NCBI RefSeq assembly: GCF_964204645.1 | Contig: NC_134026.1 | Location: forward strand, 9,695,950 to 9,759,949 | Direction: 5' to 3' | From: Tubulanus polymorphus | Taxonomy: Eukaryota; Animalia; Nemertea | Length of the DNA: 64,000 nucleotides | Shown: positions 38,340-51,100 of the stretch, piece after piece | How positions within the stretch are numbered: the first letter of the stretch is position 1 | How the letters are laid out: each line of letters begins with the position of its first letter | Program-made: the position numbers and the translations under genes | Notes under the pieces: model-generated | What the model was told of the DNA's origin: nothing | What the model saw: only the letters and a program-made list of their open reading frames with translations | Database searches by the model: none

Positions 38340-39946
38340 GTGACTCCTGAAACTTAAAACTGCATACAAACCGTCTCGGAAACTTGCTGAATTGCTGGCT
38401 CTGTAGTTGATTCTGCATCTTGACTCTGAAAAAACGTTTTTTTTAGTATTAGGCCTACAATATTAACTTAACTCTGTGATATATTTAACTGTTGTGTATA
38501 TACTCACCATCAAATCATCATTTGGCAACATGTACAATGACTTTGTGGTTCCAAATATCCTGTGGATGGATTGTCCATCAAGACAATCACTGGTGGCAGG
38601 CACAAGTATTCTGCCACAAGCAATCATTATTTTGAATCTTCAACAAAAGATAAACAAAAATTTAAGGAAACTGTTTCGAGCAAAAGTACCATAGGCTAGT
38701 CTTACGTAACATGTAATATATTGTATTTCTATCGTTAGACATTAGAAAATTAAGTCATGTGAAAATTTAGTCCATCGTTCGTATGACTTACTTAGGTAAT
38801 GAATTGATACAGCAAAGCTTTTCTGCGAAACACTCCTCGAGAAGACGAAACATCTCCTGTTCACTAGCATTTTTGCTAAATTGTTTTCCATCAATTACAT
38901 TGCCCAAAAGTGCCAGATCTGCCTTCAATGAGTGGCTGACAACCATCGTATCACTAGACTTTTTGAGTAATATAATCTCTTTGAGATGAAACGTATTTCC
39001 TGGAAATATCATATAGGCCTAGGAATGGCTTTTCCCGGCCTAAATAACAGTGTCAATTTGACCATTATTGGTTTATCACCGTACATATCCATATGTGAAC
39101 ATTCTTAAAAAATAACCTGGGCTGAGCCTAAAATTCATTACCAGCGGACGTGCTTATTCTGAAAATGGCTGTAAGACGTTTTAGGCCTTGAGCTATTGTT
39201 TTCTAATCATCAAAAATCATGCGATCGATAGACATGGAAACATTGAACATTCAAATAGCCACTTTTTTCTATTTAGCCTAACCCCAGGGGCTGCAGTTGC
39301 TCAAAGGTTTAAGGTAAAAAGCCATAGGCCTAGTTACCATGCAATCTCACTGTGTCACTGTCAACTATCCACTGATAAACTGGCAAATTTTGAGCAACTG
39401 GCCTCAGGCATTTTGACAATCCTTCATTAAAAAAATCGATGTTTAGTTCAACTGCTCATCTGTCCTGGCCCAAGACCAAATCAGGTCTACTAAAACTGAC
39501 CTCAGGCCTTATTGGCTCAGAGAAAATTTGAACTTACCACAATCAGAGGCTATATTTTGTCGGCCACCGCCACGGCCACTACCGGCTCTTCTACTACTAG
39601 TACTAGTATTAGTACTAGTAGTAGGCCTGCTGAAATGACCCTGGCTGAAGTAGGGGTGGTAGTGGTAACCCAGCCCTACTCGCCGAAGACTCGCTGTAGT
39701 CGGCCGTGATGAAGTAGCAGTCGCAGTCGTATTACTACGGGCATTTATTAATCTATTAGTATTATTAACATTACCACTGGCACTCGCGACGGCAAAAAAA
39801 GGTCTTGAAGACACACCACTGGCACTATGACTTGTAGTAGTAGTAGTAGCATTAGTTGTCACCGACCGGATAGCGGTAACACGCTCTATAAATTCGGAAT
39901 TGTTAAGTAGTTCATCCACTACTTGGCGCAAGCTTACATTCGACAT
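38340..39946 (-). pseudogene. 5' exons of an unidentified multi-exon gene, probably transposon cargo
   Basis: Exon-like blocks with GT/AG boundaries: MSNVSLRQVVDELLNN...(T/S-rich) ending in GTAAG at about 39537; FHLKEIILLKK...QFSKNASEQEMFRLLEECFAEKL at about 38790-39040; FKIMIACGRILV...DGQSIHRIF..KSLYMLP at about 38508-38638. Confidence 0.55.
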
Positions 39947-40399
39947 TTCGACAGGATAATAATAGCAGTAGTGAACCGTGTTAAAAGCGCGCTGCGCGCG
40001 TGTCTCCAACACCTAAGCCTATTTAGACTGGTTCCGTCGTCATTACAGAACAATTCCGATCCAGTTTTCCGATCTAGGACGGCCGTTGAGGTCTGGGTGG
40101 AATAGGGCTAAAGTAAGGGTCAGGGTAAGATTATGCATTTGGGTGCGGTATATCAAGTTGTTTCGTTGACTCTAGTGGTTTATAGAGAGCTAGCACTGTG
40201 CATAGAACCCCACTGCGTTCGAAATTGGCTAAGTATCTTTGCGCATGCGCACTCAATTGATTTTCCTCGGCAATGGTATATATAGTCTGCACTTAATTTA
40301 ATAGAAGATGGCGCATGGATCAGCTTTAGTATACATTAAAACCGTTGTATTATGAGTAGATGGCGCATGTGTACGTCTAAAACCGTCTAATACATTATA

Positions 40400-40625
40400 T
40401 CGATGAAATATCAAATGCATATATCTTTAAAAAGCAAATGTGTATGTCGTAAAAATCAAATGTATGTCTTAAAATATCAAATGCATATGTCTTAAAAAAC
40501 AAATGTGTATGTCGTAAATATCAAATGCATATGTCTAAAAAAATCAAATGTATATGTCTGAAAAAGCAAATGTGTATGGATTAAAAATCAAATGTATGTC
40601 TTAAATTCATATCTATGCCTTACAT
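40400..40625. repeat. Tandem ~20-bp repeats (AAATCAAATGTATATGTCT-like), possibly a subterminal array of a DNA transposon
   Basis: About nine CAAATG-containing units are directly visible. Confidence 0.85.
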
Positions 40626-41640
40626 TCAGAACATATCTAAGATGAATATTATATATATATATAGTATAAGAATATTATATAATTTTGTCTTGAATTTCAT
40701 TCCATACTGATAAACAACTGTGAACAATCACTGAGCACTAACATAAGTGGGAACTCTGACTTTCCTGTGTCCCCTGTGAAATCTTTTTCCTTAAAAAATA
40801 CAAATCATTCACTGTTGAAGACATGATAACTGACAAATAAAGTAGCCTGATAACCTTCTACGTACATCAATGATTTTAATGAATCCCTTCGAATAATTAT
40901 AGCTTGTTTCTATTATCAAGAAATCAATCTTAAAGTAACACAGATATTTACTTCAAATTAATTAGACAAAGTGTACTAATTCTAGCTATTTACTCTAGGA
41001 CTGCTTTAAAGTTTTTGATTGGCTAAAGTAACACTAATTCCAATAAATTAGCCAACGTTAACTGCTGCACTAATAAGTGGACTTACTAGTTTCCTATAAT
41101 TTGGTAAGTGAATTATAATTACATAAGGACTGATTTAAAGCTTTTGATCTGCACACAACATCTGTATTTCTATATCTTATAAATCTATATTCGATAATAT
41201 ACAAATGAATTTCTAAGTAAAGTATTTAGGTGGTGTTAATCCAAATCAAAAAGGATTTTATTCGGGGGGGGGGGCAATTGTCCTAGGGGGGCAGTTATCC
41301 GGGGGGCAATTTGTCAAAAGAATCAACTTGAAGCCTTGACCTCCGTATAACAACTAACTATATATTTTATTCTATACTAAAAAGATACATCATTTAACTG
41401 CGCATGCGCTGGGGGGATGGAGACGTGGATGACACCTGGTTATCTAGTGTTTGCATTAAAGGATTGAATTACGGTGATGCCTGACTGAAAGTGAACTGAT
41501 AAGGAGAGTTGAATCAATAAATTAGTAGAAATTTAACCTAAACCCCTGCCAGAGATAAGTAAGCGGTTACACGTGCTACATATATTTGCCTATCGTTTTA
41601 TTATTGGAGTTAAAAGTTCTGATTTCGCTAAGTAAAGTTT

Positions 41641-41642
<2 letters not shown>

Positions 41643-41703
<61 letters not shown>
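41643..41703. repeat. (TA)n microsatellite
   Basis: Directly visible. Confidence 0.99.
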
Positions 41704-41708
<5 letters not shown>

Positions 41709-41879
41709 TACATATACGTATATACATATATATGCACAGTTATTAAAGTTCACACCCGCGCTAATCGTCCTCAATTGTTCGAATTTTTTGACGTGCAACA
41801 ATCGCCGCTTTACGTTGAGGTTTTGAATCTAATGTCCGATCTCTCTCATTTCGTACCATCTTATTCTCAATGATGAGAT

Positions 41880-43650
41880 GTTCTACGTTGTTTTCCAATG
41901 GTTATAACTTGGCAATTGCCCTACATGACATGTGCGGCCCTTATGAAGCCGTCCGGCCCCAGTAATAACGATGTAATGAGGCCTAATTTCCATTTTTGTC
42001 TGGGTATTGTAATAGTTTCTGACTATAATATAAGATGATAACAACTGGATATTTGTGAACCGTTGTCTTTATTCAAGACGCCATGATGTACATCTAATTA
42101 TAATAATTTGAACAGGGAACGTATCATATTTTAACAGGGACCGTATCATATTATTATAGGTATGTCCTTGTCATATATGACCACGATATCACCGATTTTT
42201 GATGTGTTTGCTGTAGAATTTCGTTTTTTGATTTCTTGGCTATGCCATTCTCTAAGAGCGGCTAAGTATTCATTTTTGAACCTTCGTTGAAAGTGACAGA
42301 GTAATTGTGATCTACGGTGTGCCATTTTCTGTAGTTTTTCGTTAGTTTGACCAAATTCTGGATCGAATATATCCTTTTCGTCCACTTCTTCATTTGGTAT
42401 TAATGAAATTATACGACCAAACAATAGCTGGTTTGGTGTAAGGGGCTGGAGGTCGTCATTGGAGGAGGGCTTTACAGTTAAGGGGCGGTTATTCACAATA
42501 GCCTGTACCTCCTTAATCAGAGTTTGGAGTTCTTCTAATGATGAGAGAGTTTCCTAGTACTTTTTAATGCGTTGTCAGACCTGCCAACCCGTATGTTTTA
42601 TCCATATTTTCATACAGCTGTGGGCTTTTTTGTAGGGTGTTACAGTCACTCTCTATTTAGTATGGTCTTGAATAGAATTTTGAGCCTGATAAAAATGAGT
42701 GGAATGGATCTAAATCTTTTCTCCAAAAAATGAAGAGAGCATTGTCTCTAGCCAAAAACGTGGCACCCAAACTACTGTCCAATCACAAAGCTCTATTGTA
42801 ACTATACAAAAAATGACTCACTTGCTATTATGCTTCAAATTACAATAGATAGCAGCACTATCAAAGTTAAACTAATTACCAAAATAAACAGGCAAAAAAT
42901 ACAACATCAATTGCCAAAACTATATTATGTCATGACAGGACACTCCTCTGTGAAAAGGCGTTTTCTAAAAAAACGAGTTTTCATAATACATCTAACGCAA
43001 TAATGCCAAAATTCATTCTTCATTCTTCTATTTCCAACAAGTGCAATCTTTGTACTGGTCAACGCGAAATTCCATTTTTGTTTTTAACAGACACTGATCG
43101 CATGATCAAACCTGCTACAATTTTCTTTTCATTTTCTTTGATGTCAAACATTCTTACAAGAAGGTCAGCTGATTTCTTGAATGATAATGCATTATCTGAC
43201 CACATAGTACAAGGTTTTCCTCGACGATTCATCATTCTTTCAAGTGACTTCAAAAATTCCTCGGCTGTCATGTCTTCTAGCAATTCTAAGTGAACAGCCT
43301 GAACACATATACATGTATATATCAAAATGTAAACCTTATTGGTCTTTTTTTCAGTTGACTTAATATACAGAGGTCCTGCGTAGTCACAACTGTCATGACG
43401 GTTTGGACTGTCTACATCTACACTTGTGCAGTATTCTCTGTATTTCTTTTACACCCTTCAAAATCCAATATCTCTGAGCGTAGCAAGGGTTTGAACTGGA
43501 CTGGTGTGTCCGTCTACTTCTTGGTACCATAACACCAATTTGTTGACCAATGTTTCCTCAGCTGGTAAGATGAGTGGATGTTTCTGCTCGTCAGAAAGCA
43601 ATGAGTTATTCAGGCGACCACCAACTCGCAGTATGAAATAGAACTCTCAC
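41880..43650 (-). pseudogene. BEL/Pao integrase and DUF5641 remnant, interrupted by a hAT-like insert (about 42576-43060)
   Basis: LRVGGRL..KHPLILP; DYAGPLYIK; QAVHLEL..RRGKP..MWSDNA; VNNRPLT..LTPNQLLFGR..EYLAALRE..GDIV; PRQKWKLG. The insert begins CAGACCTGCCAAC. Confidence 0.9.
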
Positions 43651-43805
43651 AACAGCTGACGAAAACTTGGACTCACATAGCCCAACAGCAGACTGCATCA
43701 ATAATTTCTTGTTCACATAATTCATCACCGGTTGGACCCTTGACAACTGGGCAGCTATACCGCCAGATTCATCAATATTCGATTTTTCGTCAAACTTCGT
43801 ATCAG

Positions 43806-44040
43806 TTAGTATGGAAGGCTTTTTGCCTCATAGTGAACGAGTACATGATGAGCTCCATTACATCGAGTACATGAGGGTTCTGTACATGCAGCTGCATGAT
43901 GTCCAACTAAGAAGCATATGGAACATGCCCCACCATCCTTCAACATTTTTCGACATTCTGTAATGGTCATTTTCTTCATTGCAAAACAGGTAGCTGGAGC
44001 ATGAGTTTGCTTTTTGCAAAATGTGCAGGGCAATCTCTTC
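43806..44040 (-). pseudogene. BEL/Pao gag triple zinc-knuckle fragment
   Basis: CTFCKKQTHAPATC...CSICFLVGHHAAAC...CTRCNGAHHVLVH. Confidence 0.85.
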
Positions 44041-44089
44041 TGATTAACTGAAGAACTTCCCCTGTAGCATGGGGTCGTTGATGATAATA

Positions 44090-44372
44090 ACCAGGTTTTC
44101 TTTCGCCCAAAGTTTTTTCATGGCAATCCATTTAAGAGCCGATGAAAACCTGTCGAAGATAGAGCATGAGTGAGAGCATGAGCTCGTGGCCCCCATTGGC
44201 AAGCAGGCATCCATGAAGTACTGTCTTTCCCATTGGAAACCAAGCAGATGTTGGTCTAGACAGCTAACTGGTAAAATCCAAAAAGCTGAATGGATGTCAG
44301 TTTTGGCCAGGAAAACCCCATGACCCAGCTGCTTGATGCCCTTTGAGACGGGTCGGTAGTCCACCTGATTTA
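44090..44372 (-). pseudogene. Ngaro-type (DIRS order) reverse transcriptase fragment
   Basis: LAKTDIHSAF.ILPV..D.HLLGFQW..QYFMD.CLPMG..SSC.IFDRFSSAL.WI. Confidence 0.85.
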
Positions 44373-44502
44373 TCATTTGAGACGGGTCGGTAGTCCACCT
44401 GATATATTATTTGAGATGGGTCGGCAGTCCACCCGAGAGATTATTTGAGATGGGTTAGTAGTCCTACCAATATATTATTTGAAAAGGGTCGGTAGTCCAC
44501 CC
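44342..44502. repeat. ~34-bp minisatellite, about 5 copies
   Basis: Unit TTTGAGACGGGTCGGTAGTCCACCTGATWTATYA. Confidence 0.9.
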
Positions 44503-44679
44503 AAAAAAAAGAGGCAAGGGCCAAGCGCTCGAAGACAACGTCAGCTTCAGCAGCCGAAGACAATGTCAACTTCAGCAGTTGAAGGGTCAGCTAATACGGT
44601 GGTGCCACTGATGCAGACTCTCACAGAAGATCAACTGAACTGGCCACTGCAGCAACTACGAAACCAGATACAGCAGATA

Positions 44680-45646
44680 CACACATGTCTCATGTGTCCT
44701 GCTTTTAAACACTTAAAACACAGGTTGTTCGTTCTCAGGAAAGTAAACTTATCCTGGAAAACTAGAGCATCAAATTTTTTGCAAACCGAGAGCACATGAC
44801 CTGGGATTCTGCAGTATGAGCAACTGTTAGATTGAAAGGTGGCACCCATCTTGTGTTTATTTACATGGCTAAAAGTAGGATTTCCTGAAGTTAAATGACC
44901 CGAATTCCCAGTTACATTTGTCTCATTACTCATTTTAGACAGATTTCTTCCGGGAAATTTGTATCTGTTATGAATGCCGGATGTTTTGAAACTCTTGATT
45001 GGTTGCCAATGAACCCTTTCCAAAAATCGGATCATTAACTTTTCTAGCTTCCCTTCTAACTAGATCAACCAAATCCTGGAAATTGATGTTTGAACCCACT
45101 TCTTTCTTGTTAAACCCCACTTCACCATTTGTCATGCAAATAATAGGGTAGCTTTTCGATTAGTATTTTCATATTATCTGGGTATTCTAGTACCCTCATA
45201 GCGTCAATGCACGCTACTGCATTTTGACACTCATGTAGGAATATTTGAAATTCATCAAGAGATTTGGGGTTATTTGATCTTATCTGTGGCCAATCAAGGG
45301 CCTTTTTGACAAATGCATTTGCAACGACATCTAAGTTACCATGCCTCGACTGCAATTCACCTAAAGCAGCCTTATATCCTCCTTCAGAATCTAGATAGCT
45401 ATAACCTACCACTATTTTATTAGCCTCACTGCATGTATATTGTACTAAGTACGTCATCCTTTCATCATCGTTTTCACAGAGTTCACCTATTTTGGTCTTG
45501 AACTGTCTGATAAACCGGTTGTATTCCAGGGGATTTCCCGCGAACTGTTTTAGTTCAGTCAGCGGTCTTTTTATGTGCCGTATCACTGAAGTTAACGCAT
45601 CCGAGCTCGCCTGCTGATAGTTGTTTCCTGACCCGCGGACAGTCAC
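44680..45646 (-). pseudogene. BEL/Pao gag (central part and zinc knuckles)
   Basis: FAGNPLEYNRF...ERMTYLVQYT..EA...ALDWPQI..KLPYYLHDKW...NDPIFG...CSYC..GH...C..LCFKCLKAGH...C. Confidence 0.9.
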
Positions 45647-45938
45647 ATAAAAGCAAAACGGCCCCAGGAATATAGCTAATTAGTATGAAACCACCACCTA
45701 AAAATTCTGACACACCGGTAAGCAATCCCAGCGGTAGATATACGCAGCTGACGAAAACAAATTTCTACTCAGGAATAATATATAAGATAAGTATATAGAG
45801 AAAATATGTGGATATATATAGGAGACTAATGGAAACAACCACTATACGCAAATAATGTCGCAGGGTATCGGCCCATCCCAATACAAAAATTAATTGAACA
45901 CTTCTATGCATTTCAGACCACTCCGAAAAAGATCAAAA

Positions 45939-46660
45939 CTAAATCTCGTCAGCGAGCGCCGGATACAGGTTATTTGCTTTGAATAGTAATGGCATATTTG
46001 CCAGGTTTCCCTGACCATTGTTTTGAGGTCCATTGTCTATTTGGGGCAATGAAAGGTGTTGGCTACGGTTAGCCAAAAGAGGAGTCATCAATTCGTGATG
46101 AATCACATACAAACGAAGGGAATAGGGGGCATCCAGTATGCGTCTTAGACACTTGTATGTCGAAGGTTTGATGCAAATCTTCTCTGGGAAATCTAAATCA
46201 ATCTGGGCTGAGGTAGTCAGTGAACATTTCGTTGCCCATTGGAAATAAACATATAATTTAAAAAAATACGTTGAACAGTGGGCCCTCCGAATGGCGGGAA
46301 GTCCATTCAAAACTATGTCCCCAGGACAATCAGAAAACGCACATAAAGGAATTAGCAGACAATCTTTCGCACTCACGATCTCAATAGCCACTTTAGACCG
46401 AGTATCTCTAGGTGGCCTATAGTTACGTAAAACGTTGACTACCCAAAGTAGATCGTCATACAAATAATGGAGTAAACAATAGATGACCGCCAGTAGTATA
46501 AATGTGTCTAGGTCGATCGCAATTTCAATACTTTTAAGCTAATGGATGACGGAGGCACTATCCTCAAAAAAACTATGCGTAGCATTTGAAACTACGATAT
46601 CTGCGCCTACTAACGGAATATTTTGCGCCGCCGCGGCTATCGGCAAGAGCGCGCCTGAAT
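45939..46660 (-). pseudogene. Putative env-like/ORF3 C-terminal remnant (transmembrane segment plus tail)
   Basis: Lies 3' of integrase. The hydrophobic stretch TFILLAVIYCLLHYLY immediately precedes, in frame, the 174-aa ORF 45939-46463. Confidence 0.5.
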
Positions 46661-47782
46661 CACCACAACGGAAAGGCACGATGGTGGATTTCTTATCCCG
46701 CATTGCCTTCACATGAGCCTGTGCCGTTTTCATATTCGCACTTGCTACTTTATGGACTAACTTTAATTTTTCTCTAGTCTGAGCGATGTGTTCGTCCATA
46801 TCTGACGGTGTGTCAGGCAATTCAAGAAGTGCATTATCTAGGGGTGTTGGCGGGTGCCGAAGAAACAGTAAGAAGAACGGACTATAGCCAATTTCAACCA
46901 TTGGCGTCGTTTCATGGCAAAAATGGCTGGTGGCAGAAAATCAGACCATCGGTCATGTTTGTCATCTCAAGCCATGGCTATCCTATCAATACATCGTTTA
47001 TTTGCCGACTCACAGAGACTGTTACAGCGCGGATTAAAAGAGGCTGTTTTCTTGTGCTTCATTTTAGCCAGTTTTAATACTTCTGCAACTGTTTCCGACA
47101 TAAAGTTTGAGCCGTGATCACTTAAAAGTTCTTGCGGGAAACCGTACCTACAGATTATCTCGTCAAACAGAAGTTTAGCTACTGTCAGTGCAGTGATATT
47201 TTCAACAGCGAATGCCTCAGCCCAACGCGTAAAGTTGCAAATAAACATCAAAATCTTAACCTTATTGTCGTGAGATTTAACTATCGGACCAATTGCATCA
47301 ATCGAAATCTTAACAAAAACCCGTCTGGAATCTCCTGTGGCTGACTAGATGGCTGAATCTTTTTTCGTGGGACTTTCCTCTTATTACATTCCGGACAAGA
47401 ATTGACATAATGCACTACATCCCGGTACAAGTTTTCCCAGAAATGTGACAGGTATATCCTAGCGCAAGTTTTTGGTATGCCAAAATGGCCCCCAATAAGA
47501 GTGTCATGGAAATTTTCGAGTGTATCCATTTTTAGAGAATCTGGAATAACTAATTGTAGACCCGTATCGGTTGAACCCGCCTTTTTCGCGATATGATGTA
47601 ATATCCCCTCTTCATCCAATGTATAAAATTCAGATGAAAGAATGACCCGCCGAGCGTCCTGGTCATCATCAGGCAGTTCTTTTGAATTTAAAAAGGTGAT
47701 CATGTGGGCTAACTTTTCATCTTTCATCTGTTCGTGGATGAGGGTGTCATAACTGATACTCGAAACTTCAGGCGAAGGTTGA

Positions 47783-48181
47783 TGTGCGAACCATGTTATA
47801 TCGGCGAATACAAAGAATAGTTTCGGGTCTATTATAAATGCGTTTATTCTACTAATCTCTAAAGCTACGTCCAGCGAATTCACTTGAGTAACGATTTACT
47901 AAAAAATACAAAATTAAGGATACTAAGTACATGAAACAGACTAATTCAACCGCGCTAAATAAACCAAACAGTTGTAGTTTCTACAATCATAAAGGGGAAG
48001 AGACACTTACCAAACCATTCGACCTCTATTCCAACTAGAAAATATTACAGAGCTGCACAGCAATCATCAACACAAGAAACTACTAAAACAATGCCACGTA
48101 TACAATGTTTTGACGTACTATTTTCCAACGAAAACCGACCAAGATCTTGAAGTCTTGTGCGGGAAGCATTTGGCCGCAACA
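47783..48181 (-). mobile_element. 399-bp solo LTR of an unrelated family inserted in Gypsy pol
   Basis: TGTGCG...CGCAACA termini and a 5-bp TSD GTTGA (47778-47782 and 48182-48186). The empty site is visible in the duplicate copy at about 48705. AATAAA lies on the minus strand. Confidence 0.88.
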
Positions 48182-51100
48182 GTTGATACTGCATTCGGCT
48201 CAACCCATCACAGTTATTATGTATTCTACCCGGTTTATACCTGATCTCAAATGAATATTCGGCTAATTCCTCTAAGTAACTAGCAAATTGAGGGGTAGGG
48301 TCTTTCATATGCCGAAGGAATGTAAGAGCCCTATGATCTGTATCAATCACAAAATGCCTACCATATGAAAATTGCCTATAATGGCGTATGCCATGTAAAA
48401 TTGCCAATAATTCGCGCCTGAAAGTGGACAAGTTTTCCCAGAAATATGACAGGTATATCCTAGCGCAAGTTTTTGGTATGCCTAAATGGCCCCCAATAAG
48501 AGTTTCATGGAAATTTTCGAGATATGATGTAATATCCCCTCTCCAATGTATAAAATTCAGATGAAAGAATGACCCGCCGAGCATCCTGGTCATCATCAGG
48601 CAGTTCTTTTGAATTTAAAAAGGTGGTCATGTGGGCTAACTTTTCATCTTTCATCTGTTCGTGGATGAGGGTGTCGTAACTGATACTCGAAACTTCAGAC
48701 GAAGGTTGATACTGCATTCGGCTCAACCCATCACAGTTATTATGTATTCTACCCGGTTTATACCTGATCACGAACGAATATTCGGCTAATTCCTCTAAGT
48801 ACCTAGCAAATTGAGGGGTAGGGTCTTTCATATGCCGAAGGAATGTAAGAGCCCTATGATCTGTTTCAATCACAAAATGCCTACCATATAGAAATTGCCT
48901 AAAATGGCCTATGCCATGTAAAATTGCCAATAATTCGCGCCTGAAAGTGGACAGGTTGCATTCTGACTTTGAAAATTGTTTTGAACCATATGCTATAGGG
49001 TGTTCTTTCCCATCGTCGCCCATTTGAGATAATACCATTCCACTCGCAAAATTCGACGCATCCCTTTGTAATATGAATTGCTTATCAAAATCTGGAAAAC
49101 GGTACGAGCGGGGATACTAAGAACGATTTAAGAGTGTCAAACGCTCCTTGACACTCATCAGACCATTCAAACTTAACATCTTACTGTAATAGTCTAGTTA
49201 AAGGCTTCGCTATGGTTGCAAAATCCTTCACAGAAGACCGGTAGAAACCCGCCAATCCCAAGAACACCTGCACAGTTTTTTGTCCCGTGGCAGCAGCAAA
49301 GCCTCTGATAGATAAGATCTTATCGTCACAGGGCAATAATCCTAACTCGGTGACTATGTGACCTAAGTATTTTACCCTATCACAGAAGAAGTGACATTTA
49401 GATGGTTTCAATTTCAAATTTGCCTGACGTAACCGCTCGAAAACTAACTGTAGGTGCTTATAATGCGACTCCTCATCTTCCGAGAAGATTATGATATCGT
49501 CCAAAAATACTTCACAGATTTTGTGTAAAAGACCTTTTCAAACAGTGAGTAATATTTTTCCAGAATGTAGCCGGAGCATTCATCAGACCCTGGGGCATCA
49601 TCAAATATTCCCATTGATGTTGTCACAAAAGATGTTTTGTGAATTGAATCCACATGCATAGGGATTTGGAAATACCCGGAGAATAAATCTACAGTCGAAA
49701 ATATCCTTGCTTTCTTCTTCCCTATACTAGTGAATATTTCAGTGATATTTTGGCCTGGAAAATAATCTACTTGAGATCGCATTGAGTTTCCGATAATCGT
49801 GTACTATACGATACGCAGGTGTACCGTCTGGGTTTGACTGGGCTTTCTTAACTAATAAACAAGGTGCAGCCCATTCTGATGAACACTCCCGGATTATACC
49901 TTGACTAAATAATTCCTGAACGAGTTTATCTTCTTCTTCCCTCAAAGCAATGGGTGAGCGATAAGGCCTTTGTTTTATAGGAGGACTGGACCCAGTGTGA
50001 ATCATGTGTTTCCATCGTAGGTCCGCTCTAGATAATTCAGATGAGTTATTTGCAACTACTTCTCGGTGTTCTTTCAAAAATTTCCTAAACTTTTTCCTGC
50101 CCTCCTCTGATAAAATCGAATCACTCATATCAACATTTGGATTTTCATCTGTTTCGATTGATTGAACTGCTTGTTCCCCTCGATTTTCACACTTATTCAA
50201 TTCAGGTACTACCCAAAAATTCTCTGAGACAAAGCCTAATGTAGTGTATTTGTGTATCTTTCGGGGGCTATCTGACAAATTAAATATTGTAATAGGCACC
50301 CGTTTATTTCGAGCTTCAACCACCGATTCATCTATATTTAAATTATACCTCCCTTTTACATAGCATGAGGGTTCCAACAACACGCATGTTTGATCCATTA
50401 TATGGTCTGACAATTTTCCTTGAATTACACATTCTGATCTAGGGGGAATAACTGTGCCCTCACTTTCGCCCTGCGACCAAGTCCTATTTGCTTTTGTAAT
50501 GCTATAGGAGGACCATTGTCTAAAGTTAAAATCCCATTTTGAAAATCTAAATGAGCACCATGGTCATTTAGGAAATCTAACCCTAAAATTAACTGCTGCT
50601 GTAATGGATTTGCCAGATAAGTGTCATGTTCATTTATTTCATCTCCCAACTGAACTGGCAATTTAACAATTCCTTCTAATTTTATGCCCAAACCATTTGC
50701 AGACTGTGCTGATTTGAGCGGTGCCTCATGGATTTTTATTCCTTGAGTGATGAAACATGAATGGAAAAATTCTGAGTCCATACATGAAATTACCGCTCCA
50801 CTATCTATCAATATATTTAAGTGTTTACCCTCTATTTTGCCTGGAATTGTATTTGCTATCAAAGCTAACAATACCAGACTTTCATCATCGCTGTTTAGTA
50901 TTTCCATTGTCCCTTTTGACTCTCTGTCTAATGTGTGATCAGCCAATCTGTCTGATCTATTTCTATCAACTGAACTCATCTGTTTCAAGGTACTATTTCC
51001 CCGCGAGCTATTCATACTATCTTCAAATTCATCGAATGCAACATTGCCCTTTATTTCTTTTAACCTTTCATCTTTTAATTCCTTTTTTCGATTTTCTTTG

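Noticed and set aside
41586-41873. ORF with IY repeats
   Set aside because: Translation of the (TA)n microsatellite.
44342-44502. 34-bp repeats as a CRISPR array
   Set aside because: Units are head-to-tail with no spacer-length unique sequence.
45640-45940. 3' LTR and TSD of the Gypsy element
   Set aside because: No match to the 51632-51834 LTR, no polypurine tract and no consistent TSD.
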